DNA of 63,756 bases, filler included, from Octopus bimaculoides (GCF_001194135.2; 6 parts of 6 records of this genome joined end to end with filler, not necessarily neighbours in it), one strand, 5' to 3'; shown: positions 38,378-50,255, numbered from the whole stretch's first letter. Notes: generated by a model not told the origin, from the letters alone. A program made the numbers and translations.

Positions 38378-40006
38378 AACTTCTCCATTAAACTGAGAAT
38401 GGCATCAATACATACACCCTTACACATGAACACACATATTCACAAGCAAAACTCAATGTAGCAAGAGACTGACTCGATCAAAATAAAAATTTTATTCATC
38501 ACTTCTTTAGTGTTGGATAATTTTTCTTCCAACAATCAAACACTAAACTCAGTGTGTGCTCTTTTCTGATGTGTAGATGATTCACACACACACACACTTG
38601 TGTGTATATATATATAACACAAATCAAAGTGGATGACAGATTTTCATAGGTCAAGTTCCTTTATCATGTGAATATAAAGTACATAAACATTCGTCGAGAT
38701 GTTAGGTTTCAAGTGCTCCAATATTACAATCCAAAGAAAAGCTGTATTACAGAACCTTACGATTGTTTTGAGGAATGCGTTTGTATATGGCGAGTTTTCC
38801 ACCCAGTACAAATAGTCACATTTCTCTCATCAGAGGTACAAATAAATCGATTAAAATAGTTCAAAAGTTGAGAAAACTTAAAATATCTACTATTTACAGA
38901 ACTTGAAGTCATATTGAGTAATGTTGTATTTAAAAAAAAAATGTTATAGTGTTTTTAAAAAAGCTTGAAAGAATATAGAAAGGCTTTGTGAAGTGGATAA
39001 AGCTGTCAGGTAAAACATTTGTGCAAATGAAAATGAAATTCAAACTATTTGTGAAAATAAAATAAAATAAAATAAGAAAAGAAAAAATAGTGTATGTATG
39101 AATAATACTTTTATAAGAAGTGGGTGACAGTGACTTCAAAGATTTGACCTGCTAACCTTCAGTAGTATTACATTTTTCTTGCCTTGCATTGTATGTGACA
39201 GTTGTGTGTGTGTGTGTGTGCGTGCGCGTATGTGTGTGTGCGTGTGCATATGTGTGTGTGTGTGTATGTATGTATATTAGGGTGGTGTGAAAAAGGTACT
39301 TTTTATAAAGGTTTCTGAAATATTTTTTTGAGAATATATTTTTTATTACAAAATCCTTTAGAAACAACTATGTTAAAGTCTGAAGTACTTACATTTACAT
39401 GTTTAGGCTCTGCAGCCCACTTAAAATTTTGAATAATGTACGAAAAATCAATTTAACATGCTTGCTGTTTCTCATTTTATTTGTTACATTCATTGTTATG
39501 GATCAATTTTCTTCTCTACAATCCTTTAAAAGTTTAAGATTTTCAGTTTAACTAACTCAATCGTAACACAAGGGATGGATGCCTTTTGCCAAAGTAAATT
39601 ATCTTTTCTGCTGTGGTCTTCATAATTTGTTTAATTGAAGGATTTTTCTTAACAATATTCTTTTCTTTTACTCATTCAAATAAAACACATTTTAGTACGT
39701 CCTTGTAATTTGGCAAAACTCGCTCGCTAAGGTTACATGGAGTCATCACTAAATGTAAACAACACTAAATTTTATAGAGATGATAGGGGAAATTTAAATA
39801 TAAATAAGGGTGATGGGTAAAAAGTGTAAATGCATATATGTACATACATGCATGTGTGAGTGTGCATATGTATTGATGTATTTGTGCATGCATATGTATA
39901 TATACATATATACATATATGCACGGATATGTCAACGTGTGGATGTATGTATATTTTTGAGTATATGCATTTGTCTCTGTATATATATGGACGTATGGATA
40001 CATATA

Positions 40007-40063
<57 letters not shown>

Positions 40064-40889
40064 GTGCATACTTGTATATATAGAAATTTTCATAACTTGA
40101 TTTATACCTTATAAATGAATATCTCATTCTTTTATTAACTATAAACTTACCCCATTTATATTTAAATTTCCTCTATCCTCTCTATTTAATTTATTCATTT
40201 ATCATTCTAATTCTATTTAGCTACTCTATCTTATGGCCAATCAACCTATAAACACTTTGCCCTAACATATAATAATACAAATCATAAACCACATCATTCA
40301 GTCTTCTATAATGATTCCATAAACACACATGAAACATCCAAGGGTATATTTTTTATCCCACAGAAGATATTAAGCTCAAGTCATAAAAATTTAATATTTA
40401 CTATGTATTAATTGAAACAGCTGTAAGGTATGATGATTAATTTGCTGTTAACAATAAACAATTGTTAACTTCCTAATCTTCATATTCTTTTTCTTCCTTT
40501 ATACAAATACACACACACACGTCTTTTCAACCTCATTCATACCCTTCTATTTAGTGCAGATCATAACCCCTTACATAGTTCTTTTCACTATTCTGTCTAT
40601 TTCATTAACATGTCATCACATTCATTCATTTATTCAAGTTTATCACACAGTCACTTATTTCTCTAATTCTTTCTTAAGATTAGTGGACCAGAAACTCTCA
40701 GATTTTTCAATTCTATTTTACTATTATCAACATTTGCTGTCTCGTTAAACTATGCTACACAAAAAGAATATTTTTCTCCCTGGTGCTCTGATCACTAAGC
40801 CCCCTCTCTTGTTCTCTCTGCCTTACTCTGCTCATGGTACACCTGCCCTCCCACCCCCTCCACCAGATGTGTCGATATCTGCTGCCTCC

Positions 40890-43800
40890 AAGAAGTACAG
40901 TGGAGAGGAGGTTCTGCTAGGTTCCTCACAGGCAAAGAACACAGATGGGGTTGGGGGCGTGGGTATACTTCTTGTGGAGAAATGGGTGGATAAGCTAATC
41001 GAGGTAGTCAGAGTATGCGATAGAATACTTAAGATTAGATTAGTCCTTCATCATGGGTTAGCAACCATTATCTCAGCCTATGCCCTTCTGCCGGGCTACC
41101 CGACGGACAGAAAGACTGATTTTATGATACCCTCTTGCAGACTACCTCAATGACGAATGACAGGGACCTTCTTTTGTGGCTGGTGACTTCAATGGACATG
41201 CTGGAGAACATGCAGAGGGCTTCCATGGCGTACATGGAGGCTATGGTTTTGGTTCCAGCAATGAGGAGGGAACCAGGCTGCTGGAGTTCTGTGATGCAAA
41301 TGACCTTACGGTTTGCAATACTAACTTCAGGAAACCTGCCAGTCACCTAGTCACCTACCATTCTGGCAGACGCACTAGCCAAATTGACTACATCCTCGCC
41401 AGAAAAAGGGAAAGATGGCTTATAAATGCTAAAACCTTCCCAGGTGAAGAATGTACCCCACAACATAGACTAGTAGTTAGTGACTTCAGAATCAGGGCTA
41501 AGTGGTTGCTTAGAAGACGACCAGCATGGAGGAGAAGGGTCTGGAAGCTTAAAGATTCTGCAAATGGACAGAGATTTAGAGACATATTACTCGAAGCCTT
41601 TGACGAAATAGAAGGGGATATAGCATCACATGATGTGGAAGACAACTGGAGGTTTCTATGGGACAACCTGCTGAGGGCCACTAACCAGATCTGTGGAGGG
41701 TGCAAAGATCCCTTTCGACCCAACATAACATGGTGGTGGTGGAACAATGTGGTTGACAGGGCTATTAGAGAAAAGGAACAGGCTTGGAAGGACTGGAAGA
41801 ACGGTGGTAGCAGGGAATTGTATCAGACTGCCAGAAGGGAAGCTAGGAGACAGGTTTATTTAGCCAGTGGGGAAGCAGATAAGAAAAAATTTGCCAATGT
41901 TCTGCGCCGTGAGGACCAAAGAGTTGAGGTATTTCGTGTTGCAAGACAGTGTGTGAAAGAGAATCGTGATGTCGTAGGAGAGAAATGTGTCCGCATGGAT
42001 GATGGTTCACTTGTACTAAATGTGGCTGCAAAAAGAGAGGTTTGGAGATGCCACTATGAAAGATTACTCAATAAAGAGAATGAATGAGAGAAAGAGAGTC
42101 TGCTGAATGTCGACGCAACTGAGGGACCAGCTATCCGAGTTGACAGTACCATGGTAGATAAAGCAATTAAGAGTATGAAGACAGGGAAAGCACCCGGCCC
42201 ATCAGCAACCACTACAGAGATGCTCAAAATATCTGGCAGTGTCGGCTATAGCCTAGTCACCCATATAGCTAACCAGGTGACACCAATGACTAGTGTAGCA
42301 GCACCACAGTCAACTGCTACAAAGGTAAAGGTGATGCTTTAGATACAAATAATTACAGAGGCATCAAGTTGTTGGATCAGGTAATAAAAGTCTAGGAGAG
42401 GATCATTGCCCAACTAATTAGGGAGAGAGTCAGTTTAGATGAGATGCAGTTTGGGTTTGTGCCAGGGAAAAGCACCACTGATGCTATATTTCTGGTAAGA
42501 CAGCTGCAGGAGAAATACCTAGCCAAAGATAAACCTCTGTACCTGGCTTTCGTTGACATGGAGAAAGCCTCTGACAGGGTCCCCCAATCACTTATCTGGT
42601 GGTCAATGAGGAAACTAGGGATAGATGAATGGTTAGTGAGAGCTGTGCGAGCCATGTACATGAACGCTGTCAGTAAGGTGAGGGTTGGTAATGAGTACAG
42701 TGAAGAATTCCAGGTAGAGGTAGTCCTCCAGGCGATAACAGAGGAATTCAAGACAGGATACCTCTGGGAGCTCCTCTATGCTGATGACCTTGTGCTAATT
42801 GCTGAGTCACTATCAGAACTAGAGGAGAAGTCTCAGGTGTGGAAGCAAGGATTAGAATCGAAGGGCCTTAGAGTCAACTTAGCTAAAACCAAAGTCCTAA
42901 TAAGTAGGAAGGTAGACAAAACACAAATCCCTTCAGGTAGATGGCCCTGCTCAATCTGTAGAAAAGGCGTAGGTAGAAACTCTATAAGATGTACCCAGTG
43001 CAAGCTATGGACACATAAGAGGTGCAGCAATATCAAAGGAANNNNNNNNNNNNNNNNNNNNNNNNNNNNNNNNNNNNNNNNNNNNNNNNNNNNNNNNNNN
43101 NNNNNNNNNNNNNNNNNNNNNNNNNNNNNNNNNNNNNNNNNNNNNNNNNNNNNNNNNNNNNNNNNNNNNNNNNNNNNNNNNNNNNNNNNNNNNNNNNNNN
43201 NNNNNNNNNNNNNNNNNNNNNNNNNNNNNNNNNNNNNNNNNNNNNNNNNNNNNNNNNNNNNNNNNNNNNNNNNNNNNNNNNNNNNNNCTCAGAGTAAAAG
43301 ACAGACTGTATGACGCATGTGTACGAACAGCCATGCTTCATGGCAGTGAAACATGGGCCGTAACTGCTGAGGACATGTGTAAGCTCGAAAGGAATGAAGC
43401 CAGTATGCTCCGATGGATGAGTAATGTCAGTGTGCATACTCGACAGAGTGTAAGTATCTTGAGAGAAAAGTTGAACCTAAGAAGCATCAGTTGTGGTGTG
43501 CAAGAGAGACGATTGCGCTGGTATGGTCATGTGGCGAGAATGGATGAGGATAGCTGTGTGAAAAAGTGCCACACCCTAGCGGTTGAGGGAACCTATGGAA
43601 GAGGCAGGCCCAAGAAGACCTGGGATGAGGTGGTGAAGCACGATCTCTGAACATTAGGCCTCACTAAGGCAATGACTTCTGACTGAGACCTTTGGAAATA
43701 TGCTGTGCGTGGGAAGACCTGACAAGCCCAGTGAGACCAAAATCCAAGGCCTCTGCCAGGGATGTAGCCAGCCCACTTATGCGTACCTTTCCTTTATTGG

Positions 43801-44001
43801 ACCCTAAACTCCGCTTGCGAAGACCTGTTGAGGCAAGTGAAATCGAAATCAAACTAAATTCGACGACTGGCCCCCATGCCAACGTCTCCTTCATTGGACA
43901 CTAAACTCGGCTTGCAAAGACCTGCTGGGGCAAGCGAAAGCGAAATGGCACCTGTACTAGTGGAGTGCTAAGAGCACCGTTCAAGCGTGATCATTGCCAG
44001 A
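40890..44001 (+). mobile_element. RTE-type LINE, near-complete ORF2 (APE endonuclease, RT, PHD-like finger) plus start of 3' UTR; disrupted
   Basis: APE motifs GVGILL, SAYA, AGDFNGH, SQIDYIL, QHRLVVSD; RT motifs QFGFVPGKSTTDAIF, AFVDMEKA, LLYADDLVL; Cys-His cluster; C-terminal LHGSETWA...RLRWYGHV...RGRPKKTW. Contains stops, frameshifts and a gap at 43042-43288. Confidence 0.92.
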
Positions 44002-44624
44002 GNNNNNNNNNNNNNNNNNNNNNNNNNNNNNNNNNNNNNNNNNNNNNNNNNNNNNNNNNNNNNNNNNNNNNNNNNNNNNNNNNNNNNNNNNNNNNNNNNN
44101 NNNNNNNNNNNNNNNNNNNNNNNNNNNNNNNNNNNNNNNNNNNNNNNNNNNNNNNNNNNNNNNNNNNNNNNNNNNNNNNNNNNNNNNNNNNNNNNNNNNN
44201 NNNNNNNNNNNNNNNNNNNNNNNNNNNNNNNNNNNNNNNNNNNNNNNNNNNNNNNNNNNNNNNNNNNNNNNNNNNNNNNNNNNNNNNNNNNNNNNNNNNN
44301 NNNNNNNNNNNNNNNNNNNNNNNNNNNNNNNNNNNNNNNNNNNNNNNNNNNNNNNNNNNNNNNNNNNNNNNNNNNNNNNNNNNNNNNNNNNNNNNNNNNN
44401 NNNNNNNNNNNNNNNNNNNNNNNNNNNNNNNNNNNNNNNNNNNNNNNNNNNNNNNNNNNNNNNNNNNNNNNNNNNNNNTATATATATATATATATGTATA
44501 TATATGTATATATATATATATACACATATAAATATATATATATAAACATATGAATATATATATACATATAAATATATACATATAAATATATATACATATA
44601 TATATATATATATAAGTATATATA

Positions 44625-45289
44625 TGAGAAGTAAAAATATTATATGCACTTTCGCCATAACATACCTTCATTATTGTCATGCTGTCCTCTGTGCATGTCT
44701 GCTCATAGTTGATGCTATTGTGGTCACATGATTGAAGTTTGAGCCTGATGATGCCAGTTTTCTTTCTGGCTTTATAGTGTAAGCATGGTCACACCACTAG
44801 CAATATACACCAAAGAAGAACTAAAAGCAGTGATCCATGAAGTGTTGATGGTAAACCGGTTCACCATTATCATCTATTGAATTACTGAATTTTTTCGTCA
44901 GTGGTGAAGGTTGATGGGCATTCTGCTCCCTCTCTGTGTGCCACACTTGTCTGGCCACTTTTAAGCTTCTGTATCCACTCATACACATTTCTACACAGTA
45001 GTGCACTGTCCCCGTATTGTGTTGAAAGCCTCTGATGAATTTCAGAACCTGACACACCTTTCAACCAGAGAAATCATATCACTGCTCTTTGTTCTTCTTT
45101 GGTGTACATTGCTAGTGGTGTGGCCATGCTTACACTGTAAAGCCAGAAAGAAAAATGGCATGGTCAGGTTCAAACTTTGACCATGCGACCACAATAGTAC
45201 TAACTATAAGCATGCATGTGCAGAAGGCAGTGTGACAATAATAATGATATGTTATGGTGAAAGTGTGGATGATTTTTGACTTTGCCTCG
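44625..45289. mobile_element. Palindromic mariner derivative (two inverted 5' ends), TA-flanked
   Basis: 44625-44834 matches the reverse complement of 45078-45289. The minus strand encodes MATPLAMYTKEEQRAVI*FLWLKGVSGSEIHQRLSTQYGDSALLCRNVYEWIQKLKSG (mariner HTH); the plus arm encodes MVTPLAIYTKEELKAVI. Confidence 0.85.
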
Positions 45290-45309
45290 TATATATGTAT
45301 GTTTTTATC

Positions 45310-45525
45310 CATGTACATGTCTTTGTGTTTGTCCCTCACTACTGTCTGACAATTGGTGCCAGTTTGTTTACATCCTCTGTAACTTAGTGCTTCAGCTAAA
45401 AGAGACTGATAGAATAAGTACCAGGTTTAAAAATAGGTACTGTGGGGACTGTTTGTTCAACTAAACCCTTCAGGGCAGTGCACCAGCATGACTGTAGTTC
45501 AATGGCTGAAGCAAAAAATAAAAGA
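45310..45525 (+). mobile_element. OR-like SINE 3' half, strongly CpG-decayed
   Basis: Aligns to 8740-8940 with CG replaced by TG/CA at most sites. Confidence 0.75.
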
Positions 45526-45634
45526 ATATGTATGTATGGATGTATATATGTATATGTTTGTGTGTTTGTATATATATATGTATATACACACAATATATAT
45601 ATATATATACATACATACATATATTTATATATTT

Positions 45635-46017
45635 GAGAAGACCTATTGAGTCAAGTAAAACCAAAATCGTAGCTGTGGCCAATGCCTCCTGACTGGCTCC
45701 TGTGCCAATGTAAAATGCACCATCCGAACGTGGTCAATGCCAGTGCCCCACTGACTGGCCCACGTGTTGGTGGCCCGTAAAATGCATTATTCTGAACGTG
45801 TCAGGGCTGCCTGACTGGCTCTTGTGCTGGCGGCGTGTAAAAAGCACCCACTACACTCTCAGAATGGTTGGCGTTAGGAAGGGCATCCAGCTGTAGAAGC
45901 ATTGCCAGATCAGATTGGAGCCTGGTGCAGCTGCTGGCTTTCCGGACCTCAGCCAAACTGTTCAATCCATGCCAGCATGGAAAACGGATGTTAAACGATG
46001 ATGATGATGATGACGAC
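45635..46017 (+). mobile_element. RTE-type LINE 3' UTR with (GAT)n tail
   Basis: gaagacctattgagtcaagt matches 43819-43840; the remainder matches 19051-19393. Confidence 0.8.
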
Positions 46018-46231
46018 ACACTCAGTGTTTTGGGGCAGTCATATTATTTTGTCAAATAAACACATGCACTATATATCTGTTCTTCATTTCAGATTTATTA
46101 TTGTTCTTATTTGATGTCCTTTGTTTGGAAACCTTTCATCACACATCCTGTGATCTCTTCAGCACCTCTACATCCCATGTGTCTCCTCCTGTTCTGTTTA
46201 GTCTACATAGATATATATATACATCACCATC

Positions 46232-46585
46232 ATCATTTAATGTTCATTGTCCATGCTGGTGGCATGGGTTGGATGGTATGATTAGGGCTGGCAAGCTGGG
46301 TAGCTGCACCAGACTCCAGCCTGATTTGGCATGTTTTCTACAGCTAGATACCCTTCCTAATGCCAACTACTTTACAGAGTGTGCTGGGTGCTTTTATGTG
46401 GCACTAGCACAGGAGTCTTGCAGGCCAATCCTCTTCATCGAGGGAACCAACCTTAACACTTCTGCTGTGAAGTACGGATCTTCTTGAGTACAGCAAAGCA
46501 CCAGGTATCTTGGTCCTTTGTCATCTTGCTTAATAAGTTCGGCATTCTGAGGTTGTCCTTAAGTACTTTGTCCCATGTCTTCCTA
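46232..46585 (-). mobile_element. Decayed RTE-type LINE 3' end
   Basis: Same UTR and C-terminal sequence as 20560-20810 and 28960-29350. Confidence 0.75.
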
Positions 46586-46605
46586 TATATAAATATAAAT
46601 ATATA

Positions 46606-46815
46606 CACAAGGTGATTACAAAAGATTCTCAGATTAATTATGTTTAAAAAAAAATAACTTATTTACCTAAGTTTTAACATTCTCTCCTTCAAAATATTCA
46701 CCTTGCACAGAAATACACTGACCCCAACATTTCTGCCATTTTTGGAATCCAACCTGGAAGTCATTTTCTGTATACAAATCAAGGCCTTCTGCGATTTGCT
46801 CTGGATCTCGAGAAT
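46606..46815 (-). mobile_element. mariner 3' end fragment
   Basis: Minus translation ENDFQVGFQKWQKCWGQCISVQGEYFEGENVKT* matches the mariner C-terminal KW..RW.KCI...GEYFE motif; TIR-like end next to TA. Confidence 0.75.
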
Positions 46816-47227
46816 GATGTAGGAAGTTAGTAACCAACTATGAAGAACAAATCAACAGGGTGATCAAATCAAATGCCAATCCCTTTAAAATGGCAATCAC
46901 TTTAACAGTAACAGACTCACCATCCAACTACATCTACACATCCAAAGCAGTTTACCAATGGCCCTTCAGCAACAACATCCCCTGATAAGCTCAGTGATTA
47001 CTACTAAATTCAGGCCACGACAGACAGAATGTATGCTCTTGAAGCCGAGGATTTTGAACTTACAGAGACAATATTTATATATTGCCTGAGAAAACACTAC
47101 TAGTTATCATAATGCAGGGAAACGGGCATAATCAAGTACCTGCATGCCTGGAGAACTATGTTGCATGGAAACAATTGTAGTGATTAAATGTCCAACCGTA
47201 CTCCCTCTTGTTGACTCCAATTTTTGC

Positions 47228-47261
<34 letters not shown>

Positions 47262-47265
<4 letters not shown>

Positions 47266-47480
47266 CAAAAACACAAAAAAACAAAGTGAGGACGTGATAT
47301 GGATAGTATTATTGGACGCTCAGGAAAGGAAAGAGTGAGTATATGACGTTTCGGGCGTAGCCCTTCGTCGGAAAGATGGAAAGTTCGGAGAATGGAAGAA
47401 TGGAGAAAGAGGAAAATGGTACCGATGCCCACGAGGTTACATTATGAAAAGACCGGAAGAGGAGGTGGTGGGGGAAAAGT
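47262..47480 (-). mobile_element. Probable Penelope-like terminus with a hammerhead-like motif
   Basis: Minus strand cttt-CCGACGA-a-GGGC-tac-GCCC-GAAAC-GT-C; abuts (TA)n. Confidence 0.5.
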
Positions 47481-47880
47481 TCTTTCTAAGATAGGAGAGT
47501 GAAAAAGGGAGATGNNNNNNNNNNNNNNNNNNNNNNNNNNNNNNNNNNNNNNNNNNNNNNNNNNTTTGTATGTGCGCGTGTGTGTATGTGTATGTTTTCT
47601 GTGCGTGCGTGTGTGTTTGTGTGTATGTGTATGTTGTGTGTATGTGCGTTGCTGTGTACGTGTGTGTGCGTGCGTTTGCTATTGTATATGCGTGTGTTGT
47701 TTATGCCCATGTGTGTATGATTGTATGCGTGTCTGTGTGAGTGTGTAGTGTTGGTGAGAAGTGTGTGTGTATGTGGGTGTGTGCGTGTGTGTGTGGGATT
47801 GTGAGTGTTAGGTACGGGTGTGTGTGTGTTTATGTGTGTCTGTATGTGTGTTTCCGTGTGCGCGTGTGTGTATATATAAA

Positions 47881-47946
47881 CAGCGTACAGTAAAGAAACT
47901 GTCATCTAAATTATGCAAAAATGAAAATAACACTGACATCTCATTT
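47881..47946 (+). mobile_element. Orphan terminus of the Tc1-like family seen at 21152
   Basis: aaactgtcatctaaatta(t/c)gcaaaaatgaaaataacactgacatctcattt is shared with 21169-21219. Confidence 0.6.
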
Positions 47947-49084
47947 CAATATTTTTTCTGAAGTAGTAGTCTACGAAATGTGTGTGTATACATCTATCTA
48001 TCTATCTATTTACGATCCTTTTTGATCGAAAATCTACCCCCCCCCTTTTTTTTTCCTTCTCCTCCCCAAAAAGAAAAGCTCTACTTTGTAACTTGTCCCC
48101 TCTGTGTTCAGCCCTGTGTGGCTAATAAAGAAACATATCTATAATGTACTGATACGTAATAGAAAATTCAACACACACACACATATGCTGTAATCCTGTA
48201 TCTTTTCGTCAGTAAAGTTTCAGTTTCACTCGTGATATGTAAAGCTGAAAATGTGCCAATAGTTGAGAAATTAGCGGAAAACGAAACAAGAAATTTACGT
48301 TTAATCAAATACTAGTTATTCCTCACTTTCCACGTTGCTGACAAGCAGAAGGCGAGCAAAAAACTTGTGAAACAAACTATTTCGTTTCTCTCTCTCATAA
48401 TTCCTACATATTTCGACTATAATAATAACAATACTAATCACTAGACTTTTCTCCGAAATCTATTATACGCTCGACTACAGAACATTTATGGCATTGGCGA
48501 GGTTACTGAAGCCTACAGCTTCGTATTATTTCGAAGCCGTAGTGCGTCACACATCACCAGCGTGTTATTATTCATACCTGAATAATTCCGGTCACTCAAA
48601 TTACTCCTGGCATCATAAACAATATCAATATAGGAATTATTATCACCAGCAATGTTTTCATAAAAAAAGTGCTTCTTATGCAAAATATGGAATTATATCT
48701 CTTGCAACCGGAGCAGCTTTTGGTAAGGCAGTGTTGTTTATTTATATTGTGTGTATATATACATATTAATATATTTCTGCGTCTGCACCTATGTAATCTA
48801 TCTCGCTATATATGTGTGCATCTACATAAATTGTGAGGGAGAGGTGCGCAATTAACTATGCGGTTTCTATTCTTAAACCAAACTGTCCTCACGAGCTTAA
48901 TTTCTCAATATTACGTATAAATATTTGAACCCGTGTATGTATGTGCGTGTGTGTGTATTCATAGTATTTCTATTGTATTTTCTCTTGTATTTTTGCCATT
49001 TACTTTCTCTTTGTGATATACATACTCCAAATATTCCTGTTTGTTGCATTTCCTACTGTTTATTAGTGTCACTCGTGTAGAAAT

Positions 49085-49645
49085 ATAAAGGAAACATTAT
49101 TAGCTCGTCGGACAAAATGCAGAGCAGCATTCCTCCTGAGATCTTTATGTTCTGAGTTCAAATTCGCCGAAGTCGATTTTGCTCTTTATTTTTTCGAGGT
49201 CGATAAAATACCAGTTGAGCACTGGGATCGATGTAATCGACAAGCCCCCTCCTTACAAAATTTCAAATCCCATGCCTTGCCAAAATCATCGGTAAAACGC
49301 CTTGCATTGTTTTCATACATTTACGTTCTGAGTTCAACTTCCAAGCAAGGTTGCCTTACCCTCTTATCCCATCACCCACGGGAAGCGGTAAATCAAGCAC
49401 CTACAAACTATACACTGAATATTGGTTATAACTATATTATATAGGTTATTTCTTGTCCCTTTTATGTATATTACAGAAAAAATATTATCGAAACTGGTGG
49501 ATGGCAGAATTGATGGGGTGCCGGCCGTTTACGTTTTGGGTTCATATTCTACTGAGGTTAACTTTGTCTTTCACTCTAGTAGGGTCGATTCAAACTAACT
49601 GCTATCCTTCACTGGTATCAATAACCCCGTGTCCTTGTGTTTAAA
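49085..49645 (+). mobile_element. Cluster of about three CORE-type SINE copies of differing decay
   Basis: Repeated gttctgagttcaa / gttttgggttcat B-box segment at ~49148, ~49325 and ~49531, each followed by core-like sequence (gaggtcgataaaataccagttgagcactggg). Confidence 0.65.
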
Positions 49646-50061
49646 TTATTGTTATGTAAAGGATGCAGTGAAGAGTGGTAGAATTTACAAGTGCAAATAT
49701 TCTAGGTATCCGCTGCCAAATACGATCGAGTTATAAAGTTGAGCTTACTGATAATTAAAATCCCATTGTCCATAATCCAAAACTTATTTTTCTTTTCCCT
49801 GCAGAGACGGGTCAAGAGTACGTAGGGTTAGGGTTTTCGTTACGCCGAAAACGGGTGGTGTACGTATTCTTTACCTGGGCCGACCCAAATCTGGTGCCGC
49901 CCGTTAGTGAATCTCTTAAGTTGTTGAGATAGAACTGCAGCACCCTGCGGCCATGCCAAGCTATTAATAAATCCAGGCACGACGTGAAATGGAGGACTCA
50001 TAATTTTGTGTATGGGTTACGGGTTCGCATAAGGTTGCACAGGGTTATATATATATGTATA

Positions 50062-50255
50062 TATATATTTCACTGGGAAGGTCGGTTTATGAGATTACCC
50101 CGGGTTTCACGTTCATAAAGGGTTTATGGCGTATCGTCGAAGAGGTCTTAGGCCAACAGGTTTTGGGGTCTGACGATACGCCATAAAGTTAAACCCTTTA
50201 TGGACGTGAAACCCCGGGCAATCCCATAAACCGGCCTTCCCCAGTGAAATATATA
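50062..50255. mobile_element. Hairpin MITE, ~190 bp, in (TA)n context
   Basis: 50062-50138 matches the reverse complement of 50172-50255 with a few substitutions and a 6-nt indel; 33-nt spacer. Confidence 0.8.

Noticed and set aside
49805-49910. Strong-looking acceptor (ttttccctgcag) as the next TMEM132 exon; likewise ttttccag at 57441
   Set aside because: Phase-2 translations (DGSRVRRV...*, LGGLERCV...*) hit stops without a good donor and do not resemble the expected AKV/ARV-type continuation. The second site lies within an antisense LINE.
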